NCBI RefSeq assembly: GCF_006345805.1 | Contig: NC_043000.1 | Location: forward strand, 7,378,001-7,442,000 | Source: Octopus sinensis | Lineage: Eukaryota | Length of the DNA stretch: 64,000 nucleotides | Direction of reading: 5' to 3' | Part shown: positions 1 through 13,976 of the stretch, in pieces | Numbering within the stretch: position 1 is the stretch's first letter | Layout: every line of letters begins with the position of its first letter | Position numbers and translations under genes: made by a program | Notes under the pieces: model-generated | Told to the model about the DNA's origin: nothing | What the model saw: the letters and a program-made list of their open reading frames with translations, nothing else | Databases searched by the model: none

Positions 1-255
1 TAATTATAGTGTACCAAGGATTAAATCATCTAATGTGTCTTGTTTCCACTTTTCTTTTTAAGGCAATGAGAAGTGATTTGAAAAAGAGAGGGACAGAGAG
101 TGGGTTGAGTGACTGCATAAATTTCCAGTGGTTCATTCAGTAATTTTCATTTCAACATCACGATTTAAGTTTTCAACCATTTCTATTACTAACCAAAGTA
201 AATATTAATAAATAAATAAAGTGGGAAATGGATCAGACTTTGGTTTGTTTTATTT

Positions 256-1147
256 GCTTTTCAAGCTCTGGTCTTTCAAGCTCTGTGGCTTTTCAGCTCT
301 TTCAAGCTCTGGTAGCTTTTCAAGCTCTGGAGCTTTTCAAGCTCTGGTGGCTTTCAAGCTTGGTGGCTTTCAAGCTCTTGGTATCAAGCTCTGGTAGCTT
401 ATCAAGCTCTGGTAGCTTATCAAGCTCTGGTAGCTTTTCAAGCTCTGGTAGCTTTTCAAGCTCTGGTAGCTTGTCAAGCTCTGGTAGCTTGTCAAGCTCT
501 GGTAGCTTTTCAAGCTCTGGTAGCTTTTCAAGCTCTGGTAGCTTGTCAAGCTCTGGTAGCTTGTCAAGCTCTGGTAGCTTTTCAAGCTCTGGTAGCTTTC
601 AAGCTCTGGTAGCTTTTCAAGCTCTGGTGGTTGGCTTTCAAGCTCTGGTAGCTTTTCAAGCTGGTGGCTGGCTTTCAAGCTCTGGTGCTTTTCAAGCTCT
701 GGTGGCTTTTCAAGCTCTGGTGGCTTTTCAAGCTCTGGTGGCTTTTCAAGCTCTGGTGGCTTTTCAAGCTCTGGTGGCTTTTCAAGCTCTGGTGGCTTTT
801 CAAGCTCTGGTGGCTTTTCAAGCTCTGGTGGCTTTTCAAGCTCTGGTGGCTTATCAAGCTCTGGTGGCTTTTCAAGCTCTGGTGGCTTTTCAAGCTCTGG
901 TGGCTTTCAAGCTCTGGTGGCTTTCAAGCTCTGGTGGCTTTTCAAGCTCTGGTGGCTTTCAAGCTCTGGTGGCTTTTCAAGCTCTGGTAGCTTTTCAAGC
1001 TCTGGTGGCTTTTCCAGCTCTGGTAGCTTTTCAAGCTCTGGTAGCTTGTCAAGCTCTGGTAGCTTGTCAAGCTCTGGTAGCTTGTCAAGCTCTGGTAGCT
1101 TGTCAAGCTCTGGTAGCTTGTCAAGCTCTGGTAGCTAGCTTATCAAG
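256..1147. repeat. 18-bp minisatellite (consensus TTTTCAAGCTCTGGT(A/G)GC), about 50 units, intronic in the HSF gene
   Basis: Direct tandem repetition with 17/18-nt variants. It accounts for the low-complexity ORFs 228..1166, 370..678, 664..990 and similar. Confidence 0.97.
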
Positions 1148-1250
1148 CACTTTTCCTCTTAATTAGTGTTCAAAGAAATGATTAATTTCATTGAAGCAAT
1201 AGTATTTTTTTGGAATGTGTTATATATTTATTCTATTTCCATTCTTTTAG

Positions 1251-1393
1251 CTACAAGAAGTATCTCCCAGTGAGGAAGCTTTATTAAACAAAGATGTAGT
1301 TCTCAGTGGAAATACTACTCCAAAACATGTAATGCTGACGGAACCTGATACTACCAGCCAAGACCTTATTCTTATAAACCCAGAAGCTGAACG
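1251..1393 (+). CDS. HSF1: Heat shock factor, internal coding exon (regulatory region, LQEVSPSEEALLNKDVVLSGNTTPKHVMLTEPDTTSQDLILINPEAER)
   Basis: Acceptor ttccattcttttag|CTA and donor CG|gtaaga. 143 nt, open in phase 0 to 2. The split codon CG+T joins in frame to the exon at 8751. Confidence 0.75.
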
Positions 1394-4393
1394 GTAAGAC
1401 AGTTTTTCTTCATCTAGACTTTAATCTACCCTGATATATTTAATAATTCCGGTGTGGGATGTTATAGTTTAGGGAATGGGGACTTACGATAATTTCTAAT
1501 GTTAATACAAATGTTGTTTAGTTTTCACATTGTTGGGCATTTTTTTCTGTGCAGTGTGATGCACTTCTATTCACTTCCCTGTCGAATCTGTCCCAGTTTT
1601 TCAGAATTTTTGGAGTTTGTTTCTTTATTGTACCCAGAATCCAAAGTATCGTTATGCATTGGTTGACCAGAACTAGTAGCCAGATTACACCACATGTATG
1701 TTGACAACTGTCACGGGAGAGAGTTTCTTTCACTGTGCCATTTCATTCAAGTTTAAGACGTTACGAAAATTATTCTTTTTTCTGACAGGTTTTGTGACAT
1801 AGTGGACCCAATGAAACAGTAAGTTATACACATACAAATGAGTTTGTGAAATTTTCCTTCTACTTTTACTTTGATGTTCCTTAAGGTTTTTATATTTCTG
1901 TTAATTCTTCATACAACTGTGTATTTGTATTACAATATTAAAAGGACACTATGGTCACTACGATGTTTAGTACATGCTTATAAGCTATCTGGAAAGTCCT
2001 TTAAATTTGTTTAAATTTAGATATCTCATTATTCTTTTCCCCCAATGTTTATTACTTCTGTTTATGTTTTGTAGTGTGCAATATTTGGCAGCTTATAGTC
2101 ATTAAAACCAGGATATTTCTATGCCAGTCGTTCTTTGGGTATCTATTATTTTTGTTTGTGACAAAAAATCACTACTATTATCTGGAATATTTTTCAAGCT
2201 TTTCTCTGTCATTGAATTGAACATGTGGTTGCTTAATTCATTATAGTTAATTATCCACTATTTATTATAATTCTAAGCTTAGCTATTTAGTGGCTTTCCT
2301 CTACCAATTCTTTATTTAGTTTATTGGACTTAGTACCTTGTTGCTCTTGCGATGTTTAATGTTTTTGTTTACAACAATGGATAGCGACACCAGCATTAAG
2401 AGTCATACATCTGGGTTTTATTTCTTGTATCATAGAGCCATTATTTTCATAGCTCTCTCATTGTTTTTCACTGCTTCAAACCATCTGCACAGACGCCTGC
2501 TTCATTGGCTTGATTTATTGCATTCTCATCCTATTACAGTTATATTTTATATTCAACACTCATTATGAAAACTTGTATTATACACATCTCATGCAAACAT
2601 GTTTCCCAAAATATTTGTTCACTTTTCTGTCTGTTTTTCTCTCCTAGCATGGGTTAGATGAATATGTTATGAAGGCATTGTTTTACAGCTGGATATCCTT
2701 CCTGTTACTAAACCTTACCTGATTTTCAAGTAGGGGATCTCTTATTTCACATCTTCCAAGGCGCAAAGCCTGCAGACAATTTGACAGGGGAAATGACAAT
2801 TTCATTTCTTGTGGCTGAGCAGTTATCAAGAAGTGCAAATGTAAACTCACACATACATGTTTATATTTATACACACAATGGGCTTCTTTCAGTTTCCTGT
2901 TTACCATTTTCCCTTCACAAGAGTTTTGGTTGGCTTAGGACTCTAGCAGAATATACACCTGCCCAAACTTCACAGTGTGACTGAACTCAAAGCGAATCGG
3001 CTGAGAACCAAACTTCTAAATCAAACATCCATGCCTGAAAAAGCTGGAAAGCAGTATATAATTACCTGTGGAATTTAGCTAATGAATGACAGATCTTCTA
3101 TAATAATTATTTCACCTGCTAAAACACCACCCATAAAATTTTGTTCTATGCAATACTGCTTCAAATGTATCTTTACACATCATCACATGGAATCTTATCT
3201 TAGGAAAGAAACCTGAACAATGTTTTTTTTATGTATATTGTACTTATTTGTTGTTAGCATATTATTTCAGTTTTTAGTCCTAGCTAAAATTAAAACCAAA
3301 AAAATAAAAATAAAAAAAACTAGCTCAGTTTTGTCAAAGATTGCTTTCTTTAAAAGTCTCTCGTAAGTAAAGAAATTATTCTTTTAAGCTGTATTGATAT
3401 TTGTTCAAGTTCAAATCCCACTGAAATCCACTTAGCCTTTCGCCCTTCCTGGGTCAATTAAAGCACCAGTCAAGATCTGGGGTTGATTTAATTGACCGTC
3501 CTGACCCCTTTCCTGTCTATGGCCTTGTATCAGTTTGAAATCAATATTTATTTACCGAGTGTTTTGCTGTGGTTTGTTCTTATGCACAAGCATGAGCATA
3601 ATTTCTTGCATTCAAGCATGAATTTTGAAAGATTTTATGTGCATGCATGTACACATGTGTTCAAAGGAGATTTAAGTTTGTATGAAGATAATCCTTAACA
3701 TGATTGGTAATACAGGATATTCCCTCAGCATCTCTAACATTATGGAAATGTTGTGTTACTGAAAAATCTTGCTCTAACAAGGAATTCTGTAGGGTAAAAC
3801 CTATTTTCCATTGGCTTCTATGTTGCATAGAAGTCAGTAGAAAATATTCTTTGCATTACAGAAGTCAGCATTATATTAAGGTTTTCAGCAACACAATGAT
3901 TCCAGGACATGAAAGGATGCCTATAGATTTTTTAAAGTTGAGTTATATTGAACAAAAGATGATAATATGAGACCTTTCATTGCTAGACCTAGTCAGATCG
4001 TGAGGATAATGTAGTATTTGGGAATAATTTCATCCTTGAAGCTGTGAACTTCTTATATAATTAGGTTTTGTTCGACTGACTGATTGTTATTGTATTTGAA
4101 GAAATCTAATTTGTTCTCCCCAACTCCCCACCAAAAAAGAAAAATAGTTTTGAATTTTCTGTTTGTCTTGTTTCACAATATGAATTAATAACATACATCA
4201 ATATCCACATGAACTGTTTTTTTTTTTTAAAGAACTGCCAGCTTGAGTATTCAGAGTTTCTAAACCAGTGGATCCCAAAACGTTTTCAATAGAAATATTA
4301 TGTTGATTCATGAAAAGATTTTTGTAATTTTAATTTAAAAAAAAAACAAAACAAATTCTACTTCGACAATTCTTGTGATATATTAAGGTAATG

Positions 4394-4590
4394 ATAAGGC
4401 AGTGAGCTGGCGGAATCATTAGCACACTGGACAAAAAGCTTAGCAGCATTTCCTTCCTCTTTATGTAGTCATCTTTGCCTTTCATTCTTTCGGGGTTGGT
4501 AAATTCAGTACCAATGAAGCACTGGGGTTAATATAATTGACTATCCCCCCTCCCACCAAATTGTAGCTCTTGTGCCGATAGTAGAAACAA
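4394..4590 (+). mobile_element. tRNA-derived SINE, family A (degenerate)
   Basis: Head GGCAGTGAGCTGGCGGAATCATTAGCAC and core GCCTTTCATTCTTTCGGGGTTG, homologous to the copy at 54030. Confidence 0.8.
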
Positions 4591-6350
4591 TGACTGAATA
4601 GTTTTGGTCAATTTATATAGATGTAAGAGGGAGAGATGGTGGTGTGGGGTTGGGGAAGGAAAAAAAGCCCTATTCAATGCCAAATATTTTGATAAAAATA
4701 ATTCTGCAGCAAACTTGAATAGTTTTGGGAACCACTGGTCTAATTTTCTTGATACCTTTTTTTTTTCTACTAACATATTGAGTTTTTTATATTTACAGAC
4801 AAATCACCATAGAAATTAATTGCTAGACACTTTGATTAATTTAATAAAGTGCCTCCTGATTATTAAATTGTGTTTGTTGTATGTGTGTGTTGCATATTAT
4901 TACAGAAGTTATAATAATGCATTACATTGACTTTTTGTTTAAAAAAATTGAGAAGCAGTTCTGAAAAAGAATTTAAATGGGGGTAATGTTTGTTGAAACA
5001 CACACACACACACACACATTAAACTATATACATTTGCAAAAATCATCTCAGAGTAAAAACCAATGTCAGGCCATGCATTGTTTTTGCTTACCAGCTGAAA
5101 ATGTTTCTTAAAACCTAGCTTCTTTGCTAACTTTCCCACACAAATTAAGCATGCATATCTTTCATCTGCACTGCCAAGCTCTTATCATTAAATCCATCCT
5201 TCATACGTTTTACATAGAATAGATTAGTTTCTTAGCTTGGAAAAAGCTTCTTTTTTTTCCCTACTGACTAACGTAGCTTTATAGAATAGTATCCTGTATT
5301 TTTCCATTAAAACATTATTTACATATGCACACCAATTTATACATAGTGTTCTAGTTATCTATTTATATTGCCCATTGTCTTCTTCTTTAGTTCATCAGGT
5401 TAGAGGTTAGTTGTGTAGCTCCAAGTTCAGTATTAGAGAGCATAGGCAAGAGAAATAGAGGAAGACAATAGTTAGAACGAAATTCGTATGAAATTAAATG
5501 GGGGTGAAAAAACCCGTTAGCCATCAAAATTTTAACCTGGGGCAAGGGACATAACTCTGTAAAAGAAAGCCACTCCAAGTCTGTACTTTTCAGCTGATTC
5601 AGAATAAACACACACACACACACACACACACGCACAAATCTTTTATGAATTTGAAATTAATAATAATTTATTTTGAATGATCTGATTTTGCAAAAGTTGC
5701 AGGAAAAAAAAAACTTGGCACATTAAAAAAAAAAAAAAAAAATTCTTGTTTGCAATTGAAACCTGAAATATTGCAAACGTTCCTTCGAATGCATCACATA
5801 AAATCTGACGAGTTTTTTTCTTGTACTTTTCCATCATTTCAGTAAATTGTTTTAATTTAAGATTTAGCCTAATACCAACTGCTTGACTGTGAATTTGCAA
5901 GACCAGATATTTTGTTTTTTAAAATTTCCATCTATAAATTCAATCTTCAAAATTCTATTTATTTTACAGTTGGTTGACTTTTATGTGTAAACATTTTGTT
6001 GAGTATATCTAAACATTTTATAGTTAATAAACCAAAGAGTGTTTTGTTTTATTTTATTACTTGATTGTATTGTTATAAAAATTCTAGCTGGTGTAAGGAT
6101 TAAAGTAGAGTTGAAATCACCCATGGGCAAACTGCAGTAATGAAATATTACCTTGAATCTTTTTTTTTTCATGTGCAGCCCGCCTAATAATGAGCCATGT
6201 CTCATGTTGCTCAATTCTCAAAAATGCTCATCCTTGTCTGCTTTAGATACAAATGGAAAATGTATTCGGTGTTTGATAGTCTGTTGAGGAAAGGTTAGGA
6301 AGTGGCAGAAAGAAAATTATTTTATAAATAAAGAGAAATTATTAAACCAC

Positions 6351-6560
6351 TTTAACCATTTTGTTACCATATTTCTGTTAAAATATTACTGTCTTTGTTT
6401 TAATTAATTTTGAAAATAATGAAGAATTTTGTAAAATAACTTTGTCATTATTAAATTAACATGAAATCTTGATGGAAAGTTTTAATTAGATCATTTTAAA
6501 ACAGGGAATTTGTATCATAATATCAAGGATGGATTCAAACAGGTTGATATCAAAAGTGTT
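6351..6560. mobile_element. Degenerate TTAA-flanked MITE related to the 36933-37152 and 43107-43293 copies
   Basis: TTAA-bounded ends resembling CCCTTTCGTTAC...GTAACGAAAGGG, with a similar internal AT-rich body. Confidence 0.5.
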
Positions 6561-7589
6561 AACAAGTTTTTGTTTTTTTGTACCTGTGTAGTATTGATGT
6601 TCTATGTGTAATGCTAAAACACCCATATAACATTTCACTAGTCATGGTTGAATGGCTGGTTGTCCACTTTGCAATCACAATTAGGTCAGTGGTTTTGAAC
6701 ATAGCTTGAACTGGCCTAAGCAGTATGAAAGAAATTGGGGAAACGGTGGAGTGCTTCATCAAATGGATTTTGCCTAGAATCAGAATCACCTTTCCCCACA
6801 CACAAACGAAAGGGGTTCTTGGAAGTTCCTGGCTTTGGGTAAAATACAAGATCAGTTAATTATGATTTTATTCAACATCTTCTCTTCTCAGACTCACCCA
6901 CTTACGGCAGCGGTCTTTTGATTTTTCTAAACCCTGTAAAAGAACTCAGGCAGTCAGGCCTCCAACCAGGCCTTTCATAATACCCTTAAAGTCAGGAACT
7001 TTTCAGCACCCACTCATACATAGTTATGTTGATTCTGCTTGGACAGTCTTATTCTACATTAAGGGCATGGATGGAACACTCAATCACTTATACTATAATT
7101 CATTTAGTCGACAGCCCCATTGATTGAACAACTGGAATAACTGAAGTCAAAATTGACGTATGAAAAAGAAAATGCTGTCCAAATAATATTCAAATAATAC
7201 ATTTCTTAGTTGTTATTGTTTAGCTTCAAGTCATCTCTGTTCAAGCACACTTTTGATTACAACACATCCCTGGCTCCACTTTCCAACCATGTCATGTATT
7301 TCACCTAGAGTTACATTATCCAATTTAGCTGTAATGGGTAGAATGGAATCAAGGTAGGCTTGGCTACCCTGTATATAAGCAATCGAAAAATTTGAATGTT
7401 ATGTATTTTTGAAGAAAAAATAAAGCATGTAAGCAAAAATATACTATAGTCTATTATTAGTTAATAAACCTTGGTCATAATTATTTAGCTCCTTTGGTAC
7501 TTTCAGACATCAGTTTTATTTGCCATGACTTATCAATATCACCATCATCTTCATTATTACTTTTCTACAGCTTTAGGCTTGCAAGAACA

Positions 7590-7658
<69 letters not shown>

Positions 7659-8750
7659 GCAGTTTACCAAGGAGTTTCTATAGTGTTGCATCGTATAATT
7701 CTTCTGCATTTGCCCACCCCATTTGCAGCTTATCACATATGCTTACTGTAATTTAAAGCATAACAGGTGTCAATATATGTTGCTGTAAAAACCTTGTGTG
7801 ATTTGCTCTTTCAGATATTAACATATTAATATCAAATTATATATTAATCATTTCGTGACAGGCACAATTAAATACTATTTGTCAGTATTTTCCTGTAAGG
7901 ATACCAAGTAGATGTATCTTAAAATTGAAGCCAAACTCACTCATGATTTTGAATTACTGTTCAGAGCATAATTTATAAAATATATTTTTAGAGAACAGCA
8001 ACCTCTTAGTAGCAAAAACTTGTTTTTAAACAGAATCATGATGTTGCGACTACTGATAATAATATATTTAAAATATTGTTTTTTACATTGCTCTGTATCA
8101 CAATTTATAAGTATTATTCCACAAGATATTATGGTCAAGTGATTCTAAGTTTTGATATTGATATCTTGATTTGGTGAAAAGAATGTTTTTCATTTCAACC
8201 AAAAAAACAAAAACAAAAAAACAAGTCTGCAACATTTTGAAATTGAATAATATAATAATTGCATAATTAATATTAATATTGCATTCCATAATTTAGAATT
8301 ATTATAAACTAGCGAGATTGACATTCAATCTCGCTAGTGATTAGCTGTTTGGCACATTGATAAAAGGAAGAGTTCTTTAGAATAGTTATTACATATGGAA
8401 TATGTTTTGGAAGAGTACCTGTAAGCTACAGCTTACTTGAAGTTCAAGATTTCACCTAATTCTGGAAGAAAACATTTGATTATTATAAATACAAATCACA
8501 GATTGTATGAAATATGTGCTGCAATTTGATTATATAGAATTAAAATTATGCTTAAAATTTTCAGTGAAACAATGGCTTCTTGTTTACTGTTACAGAAAGT
8601 AGTTTAAAATGGATGAGATTATTGCTGCAGGGCAGTGGCGTTAATTATTTAATTTCCTAATTAGGATATACTTCATTCTCTTTTCTGTCTTTCTCTCTTT
8701 TTTTTTGTACATTTGTAAATTTATTTTTTTGTTTTTTGTTTTTACTTCAG

Positions 8751-8862
8751 TGAAGCTCTGGCTGAACAACTTGATTCAATACAAAATGATTTGGATGGTC
8801 TCCAAGGAATGCTATCAGATTCTAGTTCCACCTACAACTTGGATACCAATACTTTATTGTCT
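8751..8862 (+). CDS. HSF1: Heat shock factor HR-C exon (EALAEQLDSIQNDLDGLQGMLSDSSSTYNLDTNTLLS)
   Basis: Acceptor tttttacttcag|T and donor TCT|gtaagt. The peptide aligns by eye with the human HSF1 HR-C exon as I recall it ([34 protein letters not shown]), with the same intron phases. Confidence 0.88.
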
Positions 8863-10549
8863 GTAAGTTGAATTTTTAAAAAAAATTAATTCCATAACTT
8901 GTGTTGACTATTTGATAATATGTTTAAAAATAGGTTTTATCTTGAGACAAAACTGATTTGGATTTTTGATAAATCGAGGGTAAAAGAAATTGGATAGAAA
9001 ATAGTTTTCACTTTTGAGAAATTCATTCTTGTGATCAAGATTATATATTATACAGACTAGTGGTTCCTAACATTTCTCAAAACATTAGATAAACTTGTAT
9101 AAGAAATTGAAATATTGTAACTAGGATTGCTTATTGAATAAAATTAGGGAAAAATATTTTTAAAATATTAGAATAACAAACCTACTTTTTTTAGTGGTTT
9201 CAAATCCATTTTTTCCTCCCACTTTAGTGGCGTGATATATTTATCAGGGCAGTTATTGGTGCTGTTTTAGCATGCAGTCTACTGCAGTGTCCACAGCCTA
9301 TGCTGTCAAATGATTTGATCTAGGTTAGGGGTTACGTTTAGGGTTAGAGTTAGACCACATGCTTAAGTGTAAATGGCCAGGTAGAGTACATACCAGGAAC
9401 CCTATTATTTTTTTAGTTGGATGCCCTTTCTGCTCCTAACCACTCAGCCATGAAATAAATGTAGGCTTTCAAAATCTGAACTTTGAACTTAGCTTGGTAG
9501 TAGCCCAGTACTTGAAATCTTTTGTGACTGTGTTGCAGTTAATTTTAAAATAATGAAGAATCTGGAGGTATTTTGTGAAATAACCAAGTTCATTCGTTAA
9601 TTGGAATATAAATAGTTGTTAATTTATTATACAAAAATTGCAGTAGGTTTTAATTTGGATATGAAATCTTTATAGCAGTAAGTTTTGTCTTATAGAACCA
9701 AAGCAGTGAGAGTGTCTCAGCTGTGTTGGTATAAAACTATTTAAACTCCAAAATGGTTTGTAGGCTGAAAAGTTAAACTCCTAAACATTTTTGTGTTTCT
9801 AACATTAATTTTCATTCATTTAAACTATTTGAATCTAAGTTCTATTGATGTGTGCATGTGTACATCCACACATCCATATCTAAATATTACTTCTTCATTG
9901 AGTAAATATAATTTGAAATTTTGACAGTCTTATTACTAATGATGGGACAGATTAAGTTTCATAATCACCAGTGTTTCTAATTAATGTATTAATAACTTGA
10001 ATATCCAACAGAAACATTTACCCATTCAACCTTTTTTTTTTTTTTACCTTATACCTCTGATAATTTATGGGTTTTGTACATGTTCCTACAGTCTATAGTA
10101 TTAAGTGGACAAAGAAAATCTTCACCCAGATAGATGCTAACTCTGTTATAGATAAACTTATTCATAAAGTCTGATACTTATTTTCTTGTGAAATACATCA
10201 AGGTAGACTCTGCTAAGTACCTTGACCCGTTTATGTAATGTCAGGTATTCACTGTTCAACACAAACTTGCATGCTGGCATCTTATCTGCATAGCCATTGC
10301 ATCTCACAGCCTATACAGCTATCTTTTTACCTTTACCTCTGCTCCAGATACAAATTTCTCCCCCCCCCCCACACACATCAGCTTTTGGTCCATAGTCTCA
10401 AACTCTCTCTCTCTTTCTCACCACTACTGTAATAGCCTCTACTCCACTCCTTGGTGTTGGCTGGTCTTGTACCACCTCCTCTTCAGCACCCTAGACTCAC
10501 TTGTCTTTCCTCCTCCCATCACTCATACACCACCCCGATCAGATGCTGC

Positions 10550-10780
10550 ATTAATGCACCCGTGCTGGTGCTACTTAAATGCACCCATGCCAGTGGCACC
10601 TAAAAAGCACCCAGCACACTCTGTTACCTTGTTGGTGTTGGGAAGAGCATCCAGCTGCAGAAACCATGCCACAACAGACAGGTGTTGTTTGAACTGCTCC
10701 CTACTCACCAGCTCCATGTCAAGCTGTCCTACCTGTGCCAGTATGGAGAGCGGACGTTAAACAATGATGATGATGGTGAC
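10550..10780 (+). mobile_element. RTE-tail SINE or RTE 3' end fragment (family C)
   Basis: GGAAGAGCATCCAGCTGCAGAAAC motif and a (GAT)n tail, shared with the RTE 3' UTR at 20664-21100. Confidence 0.75.
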
Positions 10781-11889
10781 GTATAGTACTGAGGTAAATG
10801 TTCCAACTCTACAACATACAAATTCATGGTCAATTACCAGTTTCAGAAACCCTTGTTTATTTTTCAATAAAACAAGCTACCTCATCATTTTACTGTCTTC
10901 TTCTCCATGCTTGCATCTCTCAGAAGAAATTTGTTGAAGCAGACATTCATACTATAGGTGGACACCCTTTCTGCTGCTGATCACCTGTTTCCAAGCAGTG
11001 ATACATGTTTATAATTAGTTTAGTGCACAACGCCTAGGCAAGGATAGATGGATGGATGCCTCCATGCACATGCGTGCGTGGCAGGTTTCTTTACAGTTTC
11101 CAACAACAAAATTCATCAGCAAGCCTGGTGCTATAGTAGAAGACACTTGCCCACAGTTCTGCACAGTGGAACTGAACCTGAAACTGTGTTATTGTAAAGA
11201 ATGCTTCTTAACCACTCAGCCGTGCCTTTTCCTATTTTCAAAATATTTCATCCATTAATTGCTAAAATTACGTGTAATATTAGCAATATGAAGTCTATCA
11301 GTAAAATTGTGTTATTGGTTTTGTGTGTGTATGTATAGTATAGATTCTTGCAGAGTTGTTTCCTCCAAATTGTCTGTGTTTTCACTGGTTTCAGTTATTG
11401 GACTGTATCTATGCTGGGGTACTGCCTTCAACGGTATTAGTTTATAGTTTATTACATCTATCTCACCACTTGTTTCATTTGGTCTGCAGCATATTTTACA
11501 ATATCTATTGGACAAGTATTTTATCTTTAGGTGTAAAGAGACTCAACTTGACACATTTTAATATAGTTGCACACTCACTTATACACACACACACACACGA
11601 AATTTTCACATAATAGTTTATGTCTAACCAAATTTCGCTCAAAGATTTATTGGACTTGAAGCTATAGTAAGAGGATGATTAATCAATATATTGCATAGTT
11701 GGATTGGATCCAGAAGCATGCGGATGTGGAGCATACATGTCAATCACATGGACTAGTTGACCTGTGTGTGTGTGTGTGTGTGTAGTTGCATGTGTTCATT
11801 CATGTATGGTGCAAATCAGCATGCTACTGGTAAATAAAACAGCAGTGTATATATAGAATGGTAACAGACCATTACTTACTCTCTCTCAT

Positions 11890-13400
11890 TGATGCTGCAG
11901 AGAAAGAGGTTCATGAGACTCTTACACTGAGAGATTTGCTGGAAGAAGGGAATGCAAGGAAGAGTGAGGGATCAGCTGCTCCAAGTGGATTCAGCAAAGG
12001 TCCCAGCTATTGAAGTTAACAACTATATGATCAAAATAGAGCCCTAGAAAGGAGCACCCTCAAAGACATCAAATTGATGAATCAAGTTATTAAGTAACAT
12101 TTTGTTACTAATTAGGAAGAGAAATAGCTTAAACGTGTTGCAAGCCTATAACGAGAATGGTTGTACATCAATATGTTTGCTTTCTAGTGAAACAACTATA
12201 CAAGTCCTCAGGTAAGAGCAAACTCCAGCATCTGTTGTCCTGGAGAAGACCTTTAACACAGTTTTACACTCTGTAGTCTGGGGTCTCTAAGAAAACTTTG
12301 GTATAGGTGAATTGCATATGAGAGCTGTACAAGTCCTGTACAGAGATGCCACCAGCAAGAGGAGAGTTGGCAATGAGTTCAGCAAAGAATCTAGTGTACA
12401 GTTATGTATCTATCAGGGCTGGTGGGATCATCTGTATGACTGAATTTTCAGAGCTGTATCTATTGATTAGTGAAGATATTTCAAGCAAGCCTAGAATTGA
12501 CAGGCCTTAAACCCTTTAGAATTCAGATTACTCTGTCAAATGTAATGCTTATTTATATTCACATTATTTTGAATCAATTGTGCAATATCTTGTAGCTTCT
12601 AGATTTTGACGACATGATTGTTTACATTTAGAATGACATTGTAGGGTAGGTGTGAGAAGTTGGATCTGATTAGTTTGAACATAAAACAGGTAGAATATTA
12701 GAGCCAGATTACAGCCAGTATAAATGTTAATGAGTTAAACTAATTTAATTAGCAGTAAACAAGACAAGCATGTGAGAAGTGGCTCAGCTTGATCTGTGGA
12801 AAAGGAGTAGGCAAGAAGTCCATATCGTATGTTTGATATAAACCTGTTTGGTGTACAAGAAATGTTATGGGATCATAGGCAGATTGACAGAGTAGGACTT
12901 AGTGTGCAGCAAATGTACAGGAGTAGTCAGTTATAATAACTCTTCATAAAATGAATTCCTAGAAATAGGTAACAGGCTTTTCTTACCGAGATGACTTAAT
13001 CAACAATGCAGGTGGTTCTTTTGATGGTATTGTTGCCAGTGTGGAAAAAGTTTTGGAAGCTATTACTCTTGCAGCAACAAAGAGATCTTCCTCTGCAAGT
13101 GAAGGGCTGATTGTACAATACATCTGTATTAAGTGTATTATTGGCACTAAATACAGAGGATACCTCCTGAGTAGAAAGACATGAGGTGGAGCTTTCTCTG
13201 ATAGATGTGTAATGTTATATGAATGATTGTCAGAGTACAAATGAGCTGTAAGAAAAACTGGGTATCAGTGGAAATGGTTGTAATATGGTGCAAGAGAGGA
13301 TACTGCACTGGTATTGACATTTCATACAGACAGGATGATGATGGTTGACTAAAGAAGTGCTAAGCAATTGAGCTAGGAGGAAGATGGAGGGAATTGGGGC
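11890..13400 (+). mobile_element. Heavily degraded RTE-clade LINE (RT region), interrupted by a MITE
   Basis: Frameshifted remnants colinear with the RTE at 21229-22515: LEKxF, RAVQVLYRDA, CGKGVGKKSI, KGxLY and QERxLxWY. Confidence 0.75.
12512..12734 (-). mobile_element. TTAA-type MITE, inverted degenerate homologue of 36260-36481
   Basis: Ends CCCTTTAGAATT...AATGTTAATGAG next to TTAA. The body is the reverse complement of the 36.3-kb element. Confidence 0.75.
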
Positions 13401-13976
13401 AATGGCTGATCTTAAAGAAATTATGAGGGACTGCAACAAGGGACAAGACACTCATCCGACCCATGCAAGATAAAAAAACAAAACATAAAGCAATAATAAT
13501 GATGATAATGATCTCTTTCTTTCTCTCTCTCTCCTTTCTCTCTCTCTCCTTTCTCTCTCTCTCACAGTTTTTTGAGGTTACTTGATAAAATTCGATTCTA
13601 CCAGATTTTGTGTTGCTCCTATTATTTAATTTGAAAGTCTAATTGATTGATCACAACAAATATCTTTTTCAACTTAAGATATGATATTAATATCATGAGA
13701 GCTATAGTTGGATTTTTATTTGCTTTTAGTTTCATAATTTTCAAACACTCAGTGATTGAGCTCTTTTAATATTATGCAAAATACTTATTTCTCTATGGCC
13801 TTCATTTCATTCTCAAAATTTGTCACTTGATTTAAAATGTAAACCAAGCAAAAGTTTTTTTTTTTAAATTTGAATTTTATTAAGTATAAAATGTGAACAT
13901 CAATTTGTGCAGTATTTTTACTGCACATATTGATGTTCACATGCATATATTTATGTGTATACATCATACTCTAGAA

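Noticed and set aside
256-1147. Minisatellite as an array of heat shock elements (autoregulation) or a CRISPR-like array
   Set aside because: The unit has TTC but not the inverted nGAAn/nTTCn arrangement of an HSE, and there are no unique spacers.
228-1166. 312-aa ORF (SSSGSL / FQALVA repeats) as a protein or HSF exon
   Set aside because: It is a by-product of the 18-bp repeat. The peptide switches frame at 17-nt units and there are no credible exon boundaries.
5387-5635. Minus-strand ORF containing PLFLL, reminiscent of the HSF1 C-terminus
   Set aside because: It is on the wrong strand and in the wrong position, begins in a (CA)n tract, and a 5-residue match is expected by chance.
9321-9353. 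Degenerate TTAGGG-like run
   Set aside because: Only a few imperfect hexamers, and I could not identify element termini or a TSD around it.
11312-11515. Minus-strand ORF with an acidic stretch as an exon of a nested antisense gene
   Set aside because: No convincing splice sites, no recognisable homology and no partner exons.
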